In this document: piece after piece, positions 24,171 through 36,978 of the stretch
How positions within the stretch are numbered: position 1 is the stretch's first letter
Layout of the letters: each line of letters begins with the position of its first letter
DNA from: Anthoceros angustus
Taxonomy: Eukaryota; Plantae; Anthocerotophyta
Direction of reading: 5' to 3'
Length of the DNA: 64,000 nt
Assembly (NCBI GenBank): GCA_010909165.1
Contig: MU008169.1
Location: 496,001-560,000 of the forward strand
Notes under the pieces: generated by a model
What the model saw: the letters and a program-made list of their open reading frames with translations, nothing else
What the model was told of the DNA's origin: nothing
Databases searched by the model: none
Made by a program: the position numbers and the translations under genes

Positions 24171-25130
24171 GGATGGCTCACAAACAGCAATCAGATCTCT
24201 TCCACTGGATCCGAATGCAGAGAACCGGATGCAAAATTCACTCTCAGGACCACAAAACTGGTCACCCCTGATATCCTCTCTTCAGACCTAGCTTGTTGCA
24301 CGGTCTCCCCTTCCACCACTCGTTAACGAGCTCAGAGATCTACAAAACTGATGCAGTAGTCGTACTAGTAACACTCCAAAGCCTGCAGGAAAGCGGAGTG
24401 CAGGAGCCTGATGCGGAAGCTGTTCCAGGCCACTGGGTTTCGAGAAATGCGAGCTCAGGAACTCCTTGTATCACATGAGCTAAGATGCAAGTGCCCAGAA
24501 GATAGATCCAACGCAGGCACATGCTACAGGTGATGAGAAATATTCAGCTGGGCAGTGGTCTCCTGCGATGCTTCCATGCAGCACAGATGTAGGTCGTGTC
24601 CCACGGCTGGCCATTCTCTCGCTTGCTCGCATTGGGCAGCTACAGCTCCCTTTATTTGTCACAGCCTAAAGATGATAGCCATAGCCACGCTCGACGATGC
24701 CCAGTTGCCCAAAAAACGCGTGCTACAGAGGAGAACAATAATTGTGAGCAGGGCCAGGTTCACATGTGGCCGATTGCGATTATGGGGCCGTGACAACGGG
24801 GTGTCATAAATATCAGGCTCCTGAAATAGACCCTTGCTGGATGCACATCTGCAAATGCAGTCCTGTGCAACACCAAGCAGCCAGCAGGATACTGCTAAGA
24901 TATGATCAACAAGATGCACGTCTGGGCATGACCGCGCTGGAGAATCATGTCATCCCCGCTCTTGCAGGCTTGTGGATAATGCAGTCATGGAATTATCACC
25001 AAATATTTGTACTATCTGAGTAGGTGTGAAGGTAGCTAGGATTGGGCGCTACTACATCAACAGAACTCACCACGCGTCTCACATATCCTCATCTCCTATC
25101 CTTGGGTCGAGGAACACAAAGCCCAGCACA

Positions 25131-25340
25131 GAAGAAGAGAAGAATTTTATTTAAGTCCACTAAGGACGGATTTCCGTCATGGGACTTGGTACTTAACAAC
25201 TTGTACCATGGTGTGCCTAAGCTGCTTGTACCAAGGGCATTCACTCCCTTTAGGCACCCCATCTAAGTACCGATCCAAGCTCAGGATGCTTCTTATAAAT
25301 ATGTGTTCATTTGGCCTAAGCCAATTGGAAACACACACAA
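25131..25340 (-). mobile_element. Dispersed ~210-bp SINE-like or LINE-tail element, copy 2
   Basis: Same sequence as the 7397 copy, from gaagaagagaagaattttatttaagtccactaagg to ctaagccaattggaaacacac. Confidence 0.7.
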
Positions 25341-27163
25341 TACCAGGGTTCGCTCCACACCCCCAACGTGCCATAGTTATTAGGTAGGAAAAGATAGGTA
25401 GGAGAAGAAGCACTATGTCTTTTGAAAAGTCGTTTGTGCCAAACCAGTTTCTTTTGTTACGTGGTTGCCTCTAACCGACTAGCATCATGCACTCAAGCTG
25501 GGTTCCCATTTTTTGTACGCTGGTTAAGTATTCTTCAAGATTGAGCCTGCTAAATGACAAGTTTCTAATAATTTTGAGAAATAACTAAGGAAATAAAAGT
25601 ATGAGGAGATGCCTAAGAAGACATGTACACTAACTTTTTTTTGGTGATAATTCAGGACTCCATAGATATGTCTAAGTATACATGGAAGTTCCGCGATAAT
25701 TCGAGACTTTATAAATATATCAAAGTATGTATGAAAGTCCCACACCGGGTATGAGATATGGAGTAACCTTGTAAGGCTAGTACTAACAACTACCAGCCTC
25801 GCACGCTGTGGAGATGAAGGCATGATGTTGGACAAGTAGTCCCGTAAGCCCCCGGGAGATGGGTGGCACCCCATCGGAGCATAGTGTGCGGAGACCAAGG
25901 CATGACGTCATAACAAGTATCCCCACAAGAGCTATGAAACCGGGAGACACCACATTTGAGCATTGATCCAAAGGCATGACCTTATACCACGTAGCCCCAT
26001 AAGAGCCATGAAACTAGGAGACGGGTGACACCCCATATGAGCATTGATCCATCCAAAGGACGCTTAACCAGGGAGTTTTAATGAACTCATGTGTGGGTGC
26101 GCAAATTAGCTTTCCTCATGGAAATTTTTAAGAATTGAGCCTGTTATGTGTTTAGGTTCTTTGAAGAATTTTTTCCATGTGAGCCTAACTTTACATGGGT
26201 TGCACAAATGAGGATTTAGGTGGATGGATCTTTTTCCCACATACATTAGCGCAGATCTTAATGACCACCCTCTCCATGAAAACCGTATGATTCCATTCAC
26301 AAACTGCAAAAGATCTCAATTTAAAGGTGGACATTATTCTTTTTGTAGGGATAATGGAAGAACATTAATTTAGTAGTTAACATGCGTTAACATGCCACAA
26401 GTATGTTAACAAAAGTGGAAAGCGAAATGAGAGGTGAAAGTAAAAGCTACTTATGGAAGCTGCCTTGTTAACGGCATATTGGGACAAGATTTAGCATACT
26501 GGCTTTCCTAGAGATAAACATGCAACGTGTGGTTACATGAGACCTCAAAAATGGTAGCTGTCGAGAAGGGGCGAGCTTGAAAGATATAAAAAGGCGAGCT
26601 CTTCCAAGTTAAAGCATTGTAGTGTGCTTGGAGAAGAGTTTGATGAGAGCCTTGTTCTTAGTAAAATACACTAGCCTCGTAGATTAAAAGACATGGGTTA
26701 CATGATCCATGTGCAGTTTTTGGTCAATCTAGCTCAAAGAAATTGAGTCGGAGTTAAACTAATTCATTGCTGTGGTGAGAATTTTTTCTGTTTCATTTCA
26801 ACAATTTATGAATTACAAGATATCTTTTTTTTCAAAAAGATGCATCTCAAACAAAGAAAAAAAATTGCATTGTCGACTTAAAAAACAGGTATGATTATTT
26901 CATTTTCTTCGCTATACTTTGAACTAAAGACTACATATTGTTTTGAGGTGTGGTTTGAAAGACTCAATCTGAGTAGGTTAGCCGACTAGTACACAGTTCA
27001 ATCAAGAACTCTAGGCCTCTGATCTTTAGGACCCATAAGTGAAGGATAAAGGTTAGAGACCCATAAATGAAGGATAATTGGAAGTGAAAATTTATCTTTT
27101 CAAGGGTCACATGCATAGAGCTATGTTAAAGGTGCAGCCTGGGAGAAGTAAATGACAAAAGAC

Positions 27164-27406
27164 AGTTCCTTTTCACCTGCACAACATTGGAAGGTGTTAG
27201 TTCTTTTTCACTTGCACAACATTGGAAGGTGTTAGTTCTTTTTCACCTGCTCAGCATTGGAAGGTGTTAGTTCTTTTTCACCTACACAGCATTGGAAGGT
27301 GTTAGTTTTTTTTCACCTGCACAGCATTGGAAGGGGTTAGTCCTTATTTATCTGCATAGCATTTGAAGGTGACAATTTCGTTTCACCTGCACAACATTGG
27401 AAGGTG
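27164..27406. repeat. 35-bp minisatellite, ~7 copies
   Basis: Unit agttctttttcacctgcacaacattggaaggtgtt, head-to-tail with no spacers. Confidence 0.88.
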
Positions 27407-27854
27407 CCTCTCCAAGGCACAATTCTTTCAAGGGCGCCTAAACATAGCAGCCATGGTAAATGCTCCTCCAAATATTTTGGGGAAGTTCTTAGTTGAAGTG
27501 AACAAAATACTCCGTCAAGTAGAGAGTGCAGCCACCACCTCGCAGGCTCAATCTCACCTTCGCTAGGGGTCCGGGTGAGCAACAGGCTCCACAGGACATC
27601 AAACTAACATTACGCAAGCTCGTGCAATCGACTTAGTTGACAAATCCATCATATGTAGGGGGGATTCTACATAATATCTACTATATTATCTTATACTCGT
27701 CTGATCGAACCATAGATAAATTTTTTTCTCTAGTAATAGTCAAAAAAAATTTCTTCCAATATACCACACATTTATCAAATATTTTCAATCAAGGGGATCA
27801 TTTGGAATCAGGACACTATGTCGAACCATATATTCACTACATCGTTGTTGCACT

Positions 27855-28037
27855 GTTATCTTTAAAAATTATTTTGTCATCCCGGAGATGGGCGCGCTGG
27901 ACTCTTTAGAGCGAGTTATCTTTAAAAATTATTTTGTCATCCCGGAGATGGGCGCGCTGGACTCTTTAGAGCGAGTTATCTTTAAAAATTATTTTGTCAT
28001 CCCGGAGATGGGCGCGCTGGACTCTTTAGAGCGAGTT
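27855..28037. repeat. Perfect 60-bp tandem repeat x3
   Basis: gttatctttaaaaattattttgtcatcccggagatgggcgcgctggactctttagagcga occurs three times identically. Confidence 0.95.
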
Positions 28038-29055
28038 CATCAGCTTGAGACATTAGTTATATAAATGAAACTTGACTTGACTTGACTTAATCGTGACATA
28101 ATAAGTTAGCATGAATTGAATTTCAGTGTATGTAGCTATTTAACACACACATTATTTACAGTGTTGTAGGAGCAAATATCACTGTCATCTCGTTTCAATG
28201 TATGTAGCCATTTCACGAACACATTACATACAGTATTGTAGAAGCATAGAACATTGTCATCTCTAATCTCCTTTCAATATAGTCAGCCATTTGATTACCC
28301 ATTATTTATAGTGGTGTAAGAGCATATAACACTGACATTCTATATCTCCTCACATAATGCATGTTTGTTACATCAAGTTACTAGAACAAGGAGAAGGTCC
28401 AAGCAATTGAGAACTTGCTATGATATGAACTTGAGAGATTCTAATTGAACAAAATATATTGATCCATCATTCTTAATTATATAAAAATAATAAAATAATA
28501 TATGAACATATGAACTGGTTAGCTATTATTGCTTGGAGTGAGATAAACTATCACCATAATACTTATTGTTTAGATGCATCATCTAGTCCCAACTTTATCG
28601 AAAGGATAATTACGATACAAATCTATTGCACTTAAGGATTAATCTATCCAAATACTTATGATTTTGAATTAGTACTCTCGTTGACCGCTTGACCTGGATA
28701 AACACAATGTAGGTCCGATGGTTTGTAATTTACGTACCGGGGTTGGACTTGTATCACGCAACCTGAAAAATGTACTGGGTAGATACGTGGTGTGACGAGC
28801 TTACGAAGGCCATGATAGACCTAAAGGCTAAGAGAACAGCCGCCAACAGACCTATGTACAAGGCTTGGACACAGAGAACTAAAATGCGCAGTGAAGGATT
28901 CTTCCTGGTGTACCTACGCTTATCGGGGGCTATAGTGTGGATGCTTTAGGGCTACAGCAGTGTGCATTCTGCGGTTGTGGGATCGCGATCGTTTTCTGCT
29001 TCTTTTTCAGGAGCGAGCGGCCAGATAACAGGGGGCGGCTGCTTGTCCTCTAATC

Positions 29056-29493
29056 ATGCCGAAGAATAAGGGGAAAGGAGGGAAGAATCGCAAGAGGGGA
29101 AAGAACGAGGCCGAAGATGAGAAACGAGAACTGGTTTTCAAAGAGGACGGGCAGGAGTACGCGCAGGTGTTGAGGATGCTAGGAAATGGTCGCTGCGAGG
29201 CATTGTGCATTGATGGAACTAAGAGGCTGTGTCATATTCGAGGGAAGATGCACAAGAAAGTATGGATTGCTTCAGGTGACATCATTCTGGTAGGTCTTCG
29301 AGATTACCAGGACGACAAAGCCGACGTCATCCTCAAGTATCAACCTGATGAGGCTCGTCTCCTCAAGGCCTACAGTGAACTTCCCGATAATGTGCGTCTC
29401 AACGAGGGTATTGCTGGTGGTATGGATGAAGAAGAAGATGGCGGTGGAGATGATTATATTGAATTTGAAGATGAGGATATTGACCGGATTTAG
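29056..29493 (+). CDS. eIF1A: Eukaryotic translation initiation factor 1A (intronless CDS)
   Basis: [75 protein letters not shown] plus an acidic tail. Confidence 0.98.
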   Translation: MPKNKGKGGKNRKRGKNEAEDEKRELVFKEDGQEYAQVLRMLGNGRCEALCIDGTKRLCHIRGKMHKKVWIASGDIILVGLRDYQDDKADVILKYQPDEARLLKAYSELPDNVRLNEGIAGGMDEEEDGGGDDYIEFEDEDIDRI

Positions 29494-30494
29494 GTCGGCA
29501 AGCATCATTATGTCTTGTGCACCTTGTGTGGGCCTCTAAGCCTCTCTGTGTGAAGCTAGCATATATTGTGTTCCTTGGCATGCGGTTGGCAAGATGCAAT
29601 GGTCACGTTGCTGGTGCCAGGAATGTCAGTGGCTTGATAGCCCAGACTTCGGTTATGGGATGCCTAAGCCTTGGGCAAGGCCTTGTACTTCGTATCAGGA
29701 GCTGGACTCCAAGACGCTGCCGAAGGATGTACACGACCGCCACAATCTTCTGGTCTGCAGAAAATGACTTGGTGGACATGTCTGCAGGACCTTATGTAGG
29801 ACAGGGCCTGTTCTAGCGACCTCCAATTAGCTTCCTTTTGTTCCATAAATGTGACGTGATGCCGGTGAGACGATGGCTCTGTATTGTCCAGTGAGCTTAC
29901 ATATGATGCGTTCGCCTCCATTTGCCTCAGCAATTTTTTTATCATTGAACTCCTTTTTTTGTTCTAAAAATGTGACGTGATAACGGCGAAACGTTGGCTG
30001 TGTATTGTCCAGTGAGCTTACATATGATACGTTCGCCTCTATTTGGCTCAGCATTCCACGCCACTCAGTCGATTCTTCACAAGAGAAACAATCAGAGAAG
30101 GTAAATTGAAGCATCGATTCTGCCCGAAAGTAAAACAATTGTCTAATAACCAGCAGGCTCAGAACAGCTTTGACATCAAGATTGCGGGTCCCCCCACGTA
30201 TAAAAAATGTGTCAACAAGTAACAACGGATCCATGAAGGCAGAGGCAGAAGACCACCTCCCCTTAAAAAACGGTTAGTCGTGAACAATTACTTCAACTCA
30301 AACCTCGACACATCTACATAACTTGGAAATGATATCGGTATTCTCCAGAACGACGTTCCACATTTGCTCATCTCATATGAAACTGAATATCTACGAAAAT
30401 CAACAAGTCTCACTGCTGCTGGTCACTGTAAATATTTGGCTTTTCTTCTAAAGTCTTCCAGCTGCTGATGACGGTTTGCCTCTAACCGCTTACC

Positions 30495-33110
30495 TCAGAT
30501 ACGATCTAGCTCTAAAAGCTTGCCTTCAGAGTCCCTTTCCCACCAAGAACTGCTACTGCGCACATACTTATCCACAATTCCAAACGCTGTATTTTGGGCT
30601 GTCCGTCGCGCATAATTCTCTAGAGAGATGGGTCCTCTTACGAGACGTCTAATCAACACAGCTTCCCAAGTCCAACACCGTGCTGCAGCAAACTGAAATC
30701 CCTCCTCAACTGGTAGGCTATCATCCACCTTAGCAAGTCCTTGTTCACATATCTCATTTACGATGACACTGGGATTATGTGGAGCGCCACTGATATCATG
30801 TGTTCGAGAAGACTCCAGCCGTTGGTCCACCACCTCTTCCGATGATTTCGTCTGAACCTTGAGATCTCCTACTAACGTAGAAGCTCCGCACCTCTTGGGA
30901 CTTGACTGCAGTTGGGAGTTACCATAGGCAACATCCAAGCTTGCAGGATTCTTGCTGCTTCGAACTAGAAATTCCCTTTCTCCAGCCGCCCTCTCCAACT
31001 TCTCATTGCGTGCCACACCACACGACGGTTTTCTCCTGAAATTCATCGTGTCGTACGTTCGCATTCTTGCTTTCTCCTCCTCTTCACTCTCCATGTCGTC
31101 GTTGCTCCCATGATCCTTCAAGGCTACATCCTCATGCCTGCTTCCATTGTTTCTCAAGTACCTTGATTTTTCATCAACTGTCCGCCTTTCCCTACCTTCT
31201 GCATCCTTGTCCAATATTCTCAGACGATCCACCTCTGGGTCCCTCTTAATCGTTCCAGAAGAAGGTGGCACAGGCTGATTAGCTAACTTTGTGCCCTCCC
31301 TGTCGATACGTTTGCATGCTTGTACCGCAGGTCTACCACTTTCCACTTCAGCATCCTTTCTAGACATACCTTCAGACCTAAGGTGCATACTCCTCGGATG
31401 CTGGTCCTGGGTATCAACTGGCAGATGGGTGCCTGTGGCCACGTACTTGGAAGCAACCTGAGCAGGCCCTGAAGGATAATGATTGCGAGAAGGTGCCTGT
31501 GAACCTGACCTTCTAGAAGCAGGTGACCCTGACCTAGACCCAGCCAAAGAAATGGAAGCTGGGGAATAAGATCTCGATCGGGTTCCCTCCGAGGGTGTGG
31601 ACACGGTCCTCTGGCAATCAGAAATAGGAGAAGGAGAACGACCAGGAGACCGAGATTCGGACTTCGAAGAGGACCGGGACATCGAGGTTCTGGTCCTCTT
31701 TTTTGGCGGAGACACCTGTCCAGATTGACGCCAGGAGTAAGTCTTCCTCTGTGACCTCGACCCAGATGATGGAATCCTCGTGAGGGACCTTTTGCTACTT
31801 CCTTTTATCCGGTAACCCTCTGAACTCGAAGACCTATCTCTAGACCTTCGACCTTCTCTCCCGAAATCACGCCTCGGGTGTCTACCGCTGCTCTCACTGT
31901 CCACAGGACTGGGACTCCGTCTTGACTTATTGCTCCTGCTTGCAGATGTGCAATGGTCCGTGATTTCACCTTCCTCTAATCTTCTCTTCCGCCCACCATT
32001 GCTCACAAACTCCTTCTCCCTCAGAGACGCAGACGGATCTCCGTTACCCTGCCTTCGATACCTGTCCTCCCCATCCCTATACCTCTCATTCCCCTTCTCC
32101 CACTCCCGCTCGTTCTCCCTTTCCTCCTGGCCACCCTTGCTCTCACGCCTGTCCCCCGTGAAGTCGTCCCTTGGAACGAAGCTCCGGCTATTCCCCCAAT
32201 GCTGCCTCTCAGAATTGACATGCCGGGAACCATTACCAAGGAATCTACAATACTTCACGGTGTGACCTGGCTTTCCACAGTGGGAGCACTCGCGCCACCC
32301 TGGCCTGCTCGGAGACCAGCGACTGCGACGAGACTGACCCACCCCGGGCTCCCTGCCTCCAAACTCTTGCCCGCGTCGTTTTCCCTCGGCAGCAGGAGGC
32401 ACAGACGGGCCTCTCCATCTTTCCGCAATTGTAAGAGCGTCGTTTCCGGGGGTACCCGGGGTGGAACTCGCCTGCAGCTGCACCAAACCATTTGCAGGAG
32501 AACCAATCCCAGCCCTCACCTCCCCTGCTCCAGTCCCACTCTTCTCCTGCTGCGACGGATGTCGTTGTAACTTGTTTGCCTTGTCCATGAAGACCACATC
32601 CGATTCCTCGTCCCCCAGCTCCAAGTCCACCCGCTCCTCCACCTGATCCCAAACCGAATTAGACTCATCCCCACCCGCCATCGCAGGTTCCACGCCACCT
32701 TGATCGTGAACAACCTTCCAGCCTTTCTCCACATCATCTGCCTGGCACGCATCTGCAACAAAGCCCGGGGCCTTAACCTGAGCTTGCGCCTGAGCTTGAG
32801 CCTGAGCCTGGCCCTGGCAGGGGAATTGCACTCCGGGCCCGGGCCCGCTGTTTCCCCTTACATGATCCCCGTTTGGGAATCTCCTCGGCTGGCCTGGCTG
32901 GTTTCTGGACCATGAGATGCTAGGATTCCCGTTAAACAAAGGCTTCCCCACCAGCTCCTGGAGAGCTTTCTCCGCGTTCTCGAGGTCGGGGAACTTGGCA
33001 AACGCGTATCCTTCCTTCATGTAAACCTGACATGTTCCGAACCTTCCGAACACCGATTCCAGGTCCGTTTTCTGCACAAACCGGGAGAGATTTCCCACGT
33101 GAAGTGACAT
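30495..33110 (-). CDS. RRM + CCHC zinc-knuckle, Ser/Arg-rich putative splicing factor (single-exon CDS)
   Basis: N-terminal RRM MSLHVGNLS..LESVFGRFG..KEGYAFAKF; knuckle CSHCGKPGHTVKYC; RS/SP-rich middle; C-terminal RRLVRGPISLENYARRTAQN..FGIVDKYVRSSS block recalled from plant homologues. Confidence 0.85.
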   Translation of the reverse strand: MSLHVGNLSRFVQKTDLESVFGRFGTCQVYMKEGYAFAKFPDLENAEKALQELVGKPLFNGNPSISWSRNQPGQPRRFPNGDHVRGNSGPGPGVQFPCQGQAQAQAQAQAQVKAPGFVADACQADDVEKGWKVVHDQGGVEPAMAGGDESNSVWDQVEERVDLELGDEESDVVFMDKANKLQRHPSQQEKSGTGAGEVRAGIGSPANGLVQLQASSTPGTPGNDALTIAERWRGPSVPPAAEGKRRGQEFGGREPGVGQSRRSRWSPSRPGWRECSHCGKPGHTVKYCRFLGNGSRHVNSERQHWGNSRSFVPRDDFTGDRRESKGGQEERENEREWEKGNERYRDGEDRYRRQGNGDPSASLREKEFVSNGGRKRRLEEGEITDHCTSASRSNKSRRSPSPVDSESSGRHPRRDFGREGRRSRDRSSSSEGYRIKGSSKRSLTRIPSSGSRSQRKTYSWRQSGQVSPPKKRTRTSMSRSSSKSESRSPGRSPSPISDCQRTVSTPSEGTRSRSYSPASISLAGSRSGSPASRRSGSQAPSRNHYPSGPAQVASKYVATGTHLPVDTQDQHPRSMHLRSEGMSRKDAEVESGRPAVQACKRIDREGTKLANQPVPPSSGTIKRDPEVDRLRILDKDAEGRERRTVDEKSRYLRNNGSRHEDVALKDHGSNDDMESEEEEKARMRTYDTMNFRRKPSCGVARNEKLERAAGEREFLVRSSKNPASLDVAYGNSQLQSSPKRCGASTLVGDLKVQTKSSEEVVDQRLESSRTHDISGAPHNPSVIVNEICEQGLAKVDDSLPVEEGFQFAAARCWTWEAVLIRRLVRGPISLENYARRTAQNTAFGIVDKYVRSSSSWWERDSEGKLLELDRI

Positions 33111-33760
33111 CCTCACGACAATCACAAAGCGTCTCCAAAAATCGCATCAATTCCCCCTCCTCCTGATGTCGCAACACGACCAGCACCTGGCGCACTGCCA
33201 ATCAACCTGCCGTAAAACAGGAACCGGTCACAACAGCTCAAGCACAAGCGCACCTATTCCCCCGCACCAGACACAGTCCAATCAAACACAAACAAATATC
33301 GCCATAGTCCACTTTCCGCACGGAATTCTCCGACCTCGCCCCTGGCCACATCAGAATTGAGCTCCCATGCAGGCGCACCTCAACAGCCGTGGCTCGCTTC
33401 CCACGCTCAAGAGTGAAGGAATCCGAATCGCGAATCGCGACTCGGAGCGAGCGCGGGAAGCCGTGCCAAGTTAACGGTGGACGACCTAAGCATATCGTGC
33501 TACATATATGGATGTGAGGACCAAAAATTTAAGCTTCCTACATCGAATTTCTGGTTCCGATCTAGAATAGAATTCCTTTTACTTCTTTATCTACGTTGGT
33601 CGATCAACTAACCATATTTATCTCGATTTTTGTATAAATAGTACCCATATATTAATATATTAATATATATTTTTATTGAAAACCATACTTAAAACCTTCT
33701 TGTCTTGGATCAATGCCATGGTGTAGATTTGCATCTTATGGTCACAGGACTTCGATAAAT

Positions 33761-34111
33761 TTAGCAATGCTTGAAATTATATCACTTAGCAATGCTGGAA
33801 TATATAGCAATTGCTCAAATCAGCTTGGATAATTTTAGTAATGCTTGAAAACATATCACTTAGCAATGCTTGAAAACATATCACTTGGCAATGCTTGAAA
33901 ACATATCACTTAACAATGCTTGAAAACATATCACTTAGCAATGCTTGAAAACATATCACTTAGCAATGCTTGAAAACATATCACTTAGCAATGCTTGAAA
34001 ACATATCACTTAGCAATGCTTGAAAACATATCACTTAGCAATGCTTGAAAACATATCACTTAGCAATGCTTGAAAACATATCACTTAGCAATGCTTGAAA
34101 ACATATCACTT
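33761..34111. repeat. 25-bp minisatellite, ~11-12 copies
   Basis: Unit ttagcaatgcttgaaaacatatcac, head-to-tail. Confidence 0.95.
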
Positions 34112-36978
34112 GCTCAAATCGTCATGACAATGTTTGCATTCTTATGTTTGCATTCTTATCGTATTTGATGTCATGATGTGGGCCAAAGTCCGATCACACC
34201 ATTTGATATTGTAATGTGGGCCAAAGTCCTACCAAAGTCCTATGAAAGTGTTACAAGCAAACAATCGAATCACATGGTGTCACATGTTAAAGAAAAGAGC
34301 AGTTGGAATGCCCCTCCCTACAAGCAAACAATTGAGTTACAGGGTTCTAGTTAAAGAGGTTATGTACAAGTACTTCAACACACATTATATGATGCTATGA
34401 TGTGTGCCAAAGTCCTATCAAAGTGTTACAAGAAAACAATTGAATCAAAGCGTGCCACAGGTTTCGGTTGAAGAGGTTAAAGAAAAGAGCAGTTGGAATG
34501 CCCTCCCTATAAGCAAACAATCTAGTCACAAAGTTGGAATGCCCTCCCTATAAGCAAACAATCCAGTCACAAAGTTCTGGTTAAAGAGGCTATGTACAAG
34601 TACTTCTAGCACTGGAGTACTTGTACATCCCATATAAATTTACAGATGAAGATAGTACAATCAATCTAGAATCGAAGTTGATTGCAACTTCATTTTTTGG
34701 ATTTTGCATTGTCAGATGCAACCTTGCATCTGACCGAACCAATAGCGATTAGATCATTCTTGTGCAAAAGGCGTGGCTCGCGCGGAAGACCATATTTTTG
34801 CAGCAATTGTTGCAAATCACTCAGCAAAAAAAAAAATCACTTGCAGAAAGTTTATTTTTGGAAGGAACCTCGATATGGAAGAGAAGTGGTGTGGTCTGAA
34901 AGCAATATTGCTTGCAGACCATAAGGAGAGGAATCGACATCTATATATCTATATTAGGCACTATGACATAGGAGTGAGGTGCTTGGAAGTTTTCCTTCTG
35001 CATTGCAATTCTTTACTAACTCTTCTCTTTTTGAACTGCATAAACATTTCAACAACTTTTCATTATTGGCTCGCGGTGTGACTAAAATTAACCCAAAAAA
35101 ACAGTTTGAAGTAGGAGTGAAGTGCTTGGAGGTTTTTCTTGTGCTTTGCAATTCTTTTCTAACTATTCTCTTTTTTAACTGCAGAAATATTTCAATAACT
35201 TTTCATCATTAGCTAGCGGTGTGACTAAAATCCACCAAAAAAATGTGACTGAGTAAATAAAGAGCCTCTTGTCCCATAATGTAAAAGAGAGATTCTCACT
35301 TAAAGACAACTTACAGACTACTTTACAAGAATAAATATTGAGGGAATGGAGACTATGAATAAGATGAGAGGTCTCATCTACATCGGGCGATGTGGAACAA
35401 TCCACTAAAGGGCTCCAGGCCTTGGGGACTAACTCCCACTATTGTCTACCCTAAAGCTATGTACAAGTCCCAAGATGTCATAGTCCAGAATGAGAAAAGA
35501 TCTACTTACCACCAGCCCTCACTGACCCTCCAAAAGACACCGCCTAGAGACAAGTCCCCACCGACCCCTCCTTGTCCACAATACGCAACCGCTGGGCTCC
35601 AGCCAACGCAACCGGGCCCGCCGCTCATGCCACGTCTACTGTACGAGGTCGATGATCATCACGCACCGTCCCTCTTCGCTGAGCTCCATCACCGTTATAG
35701 CCGCTCGCCGCTCCACGTACCTATATATGTACATACAATAAACCCACATTGCATTCCTCCTCACTTAAGAAAGAGACTACTCTTTGAAGCCTCAATCTAG
35801 TTGTTATTTCTCAGGCACTGACTTGTCTAATTGTTTCCTAACTAATTTGTAGTATTTCAATTTTTGACCTCCTATCATTTTTTGTTCAACTCTTTTTTAT
35901 TACTTTCTTCTCCTCCTCAAAAAAACTATAGTTCTCATCCAATCAGTGAATCATTTCTTAACCACTACCTTGTATAAATTTACTAATTTTGAAGTCAAAG
36001 TTGTCGGCCTGCTTTCTATATATCTAAATAGATAACTAAATCTTTTAACAATACAAAAGCTTTATAATAAAAATTTGAAAATAATTCATAAAAAATCAAG
36101 TTAATAATTTAAAAAATTAAAAATCTTGTACGTAACTCTTTGTCCGTAACTTCATATGTACATGCATGCACGTGACAAGACAATTGCAATCTATAACTCT
36201 TTATTAACTAGGATAAAATCTAGAGTCACTAGAGAAAGTCGATGTTTCTCACACACAAAGTTCCATAACTCTTATTCCAAAGACATGTTGGACTAAACCC
36301 TACAAATATCTTTTCCGTGAATCGGGTTTTGGGATACACTCTCCTTGGTGCTGGTGGCTTTAGAGAGACCATTGAGAAATGCTGAGGTCATCCGCCATGG
36401 TTCCACTATCGTTCAACCTGCTTGCAATATAGGAGGAGGCCATGCTTAATTATCTAAAGATTCACCTATCCGACCAATGTGGCCATTCTCATTTATCCGA
36501 GAATTGGCCCATCCGTTCAAGTTGGCCATTCTATGATGTTGAGAAGTAGATTGGCCCATCCGTCCAAGTTGGCCATTCTCATATGTTGAGAAGTAGATTG
36601 GACTCGAAAGCTATCGCTAGATTTGATAACGCATTTACTAGGTTAGCAATCTCTCCTTAGTTTTGTTGGCAAATTTAATACCTAACTAATCTACAATCAT
36701 CTTGTAATTCATGGACTTTAATAAAAAAAATTCTTAAAATCATAGCAAAAAATATGAACACTTTGTAAATATACAAGAGATGGAAAGTCTAATCCACACC
36801 GAGGTTGGAAGACTAGCCCACATAATTGTCACCTCTGAATTTATTTATTGCCCCAAAGATATTATAATCTAGAATAAAAAAACCTCTGATAAATTACATT
36901 TGCCAACGCCCTATGCAGGGCATGGAAACACGTTGCCCGAAGAACATAGAATAGTATCACGAAGTATGGCTCGAGGCA

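Noticed and set aside
27164-28037. CRISPR-like arrays (35-bp and 60-bp repeats)
   Set aside because: Units are head-to-tail with no unique spacers, there are no cas genes, and the context is eukaryotic.
33761-34111. 25-bp array as telomeric or centromeric satellite
   Set aside because: Short (~350 bp), not TTTAGGG-related, and no evidence of function from the sequence alone.
35390-35800. 136-aa ORF in a GC-rich patch
   Set aside because: No motif recognised on either strand; probably a decayed gene or transposon fragment.
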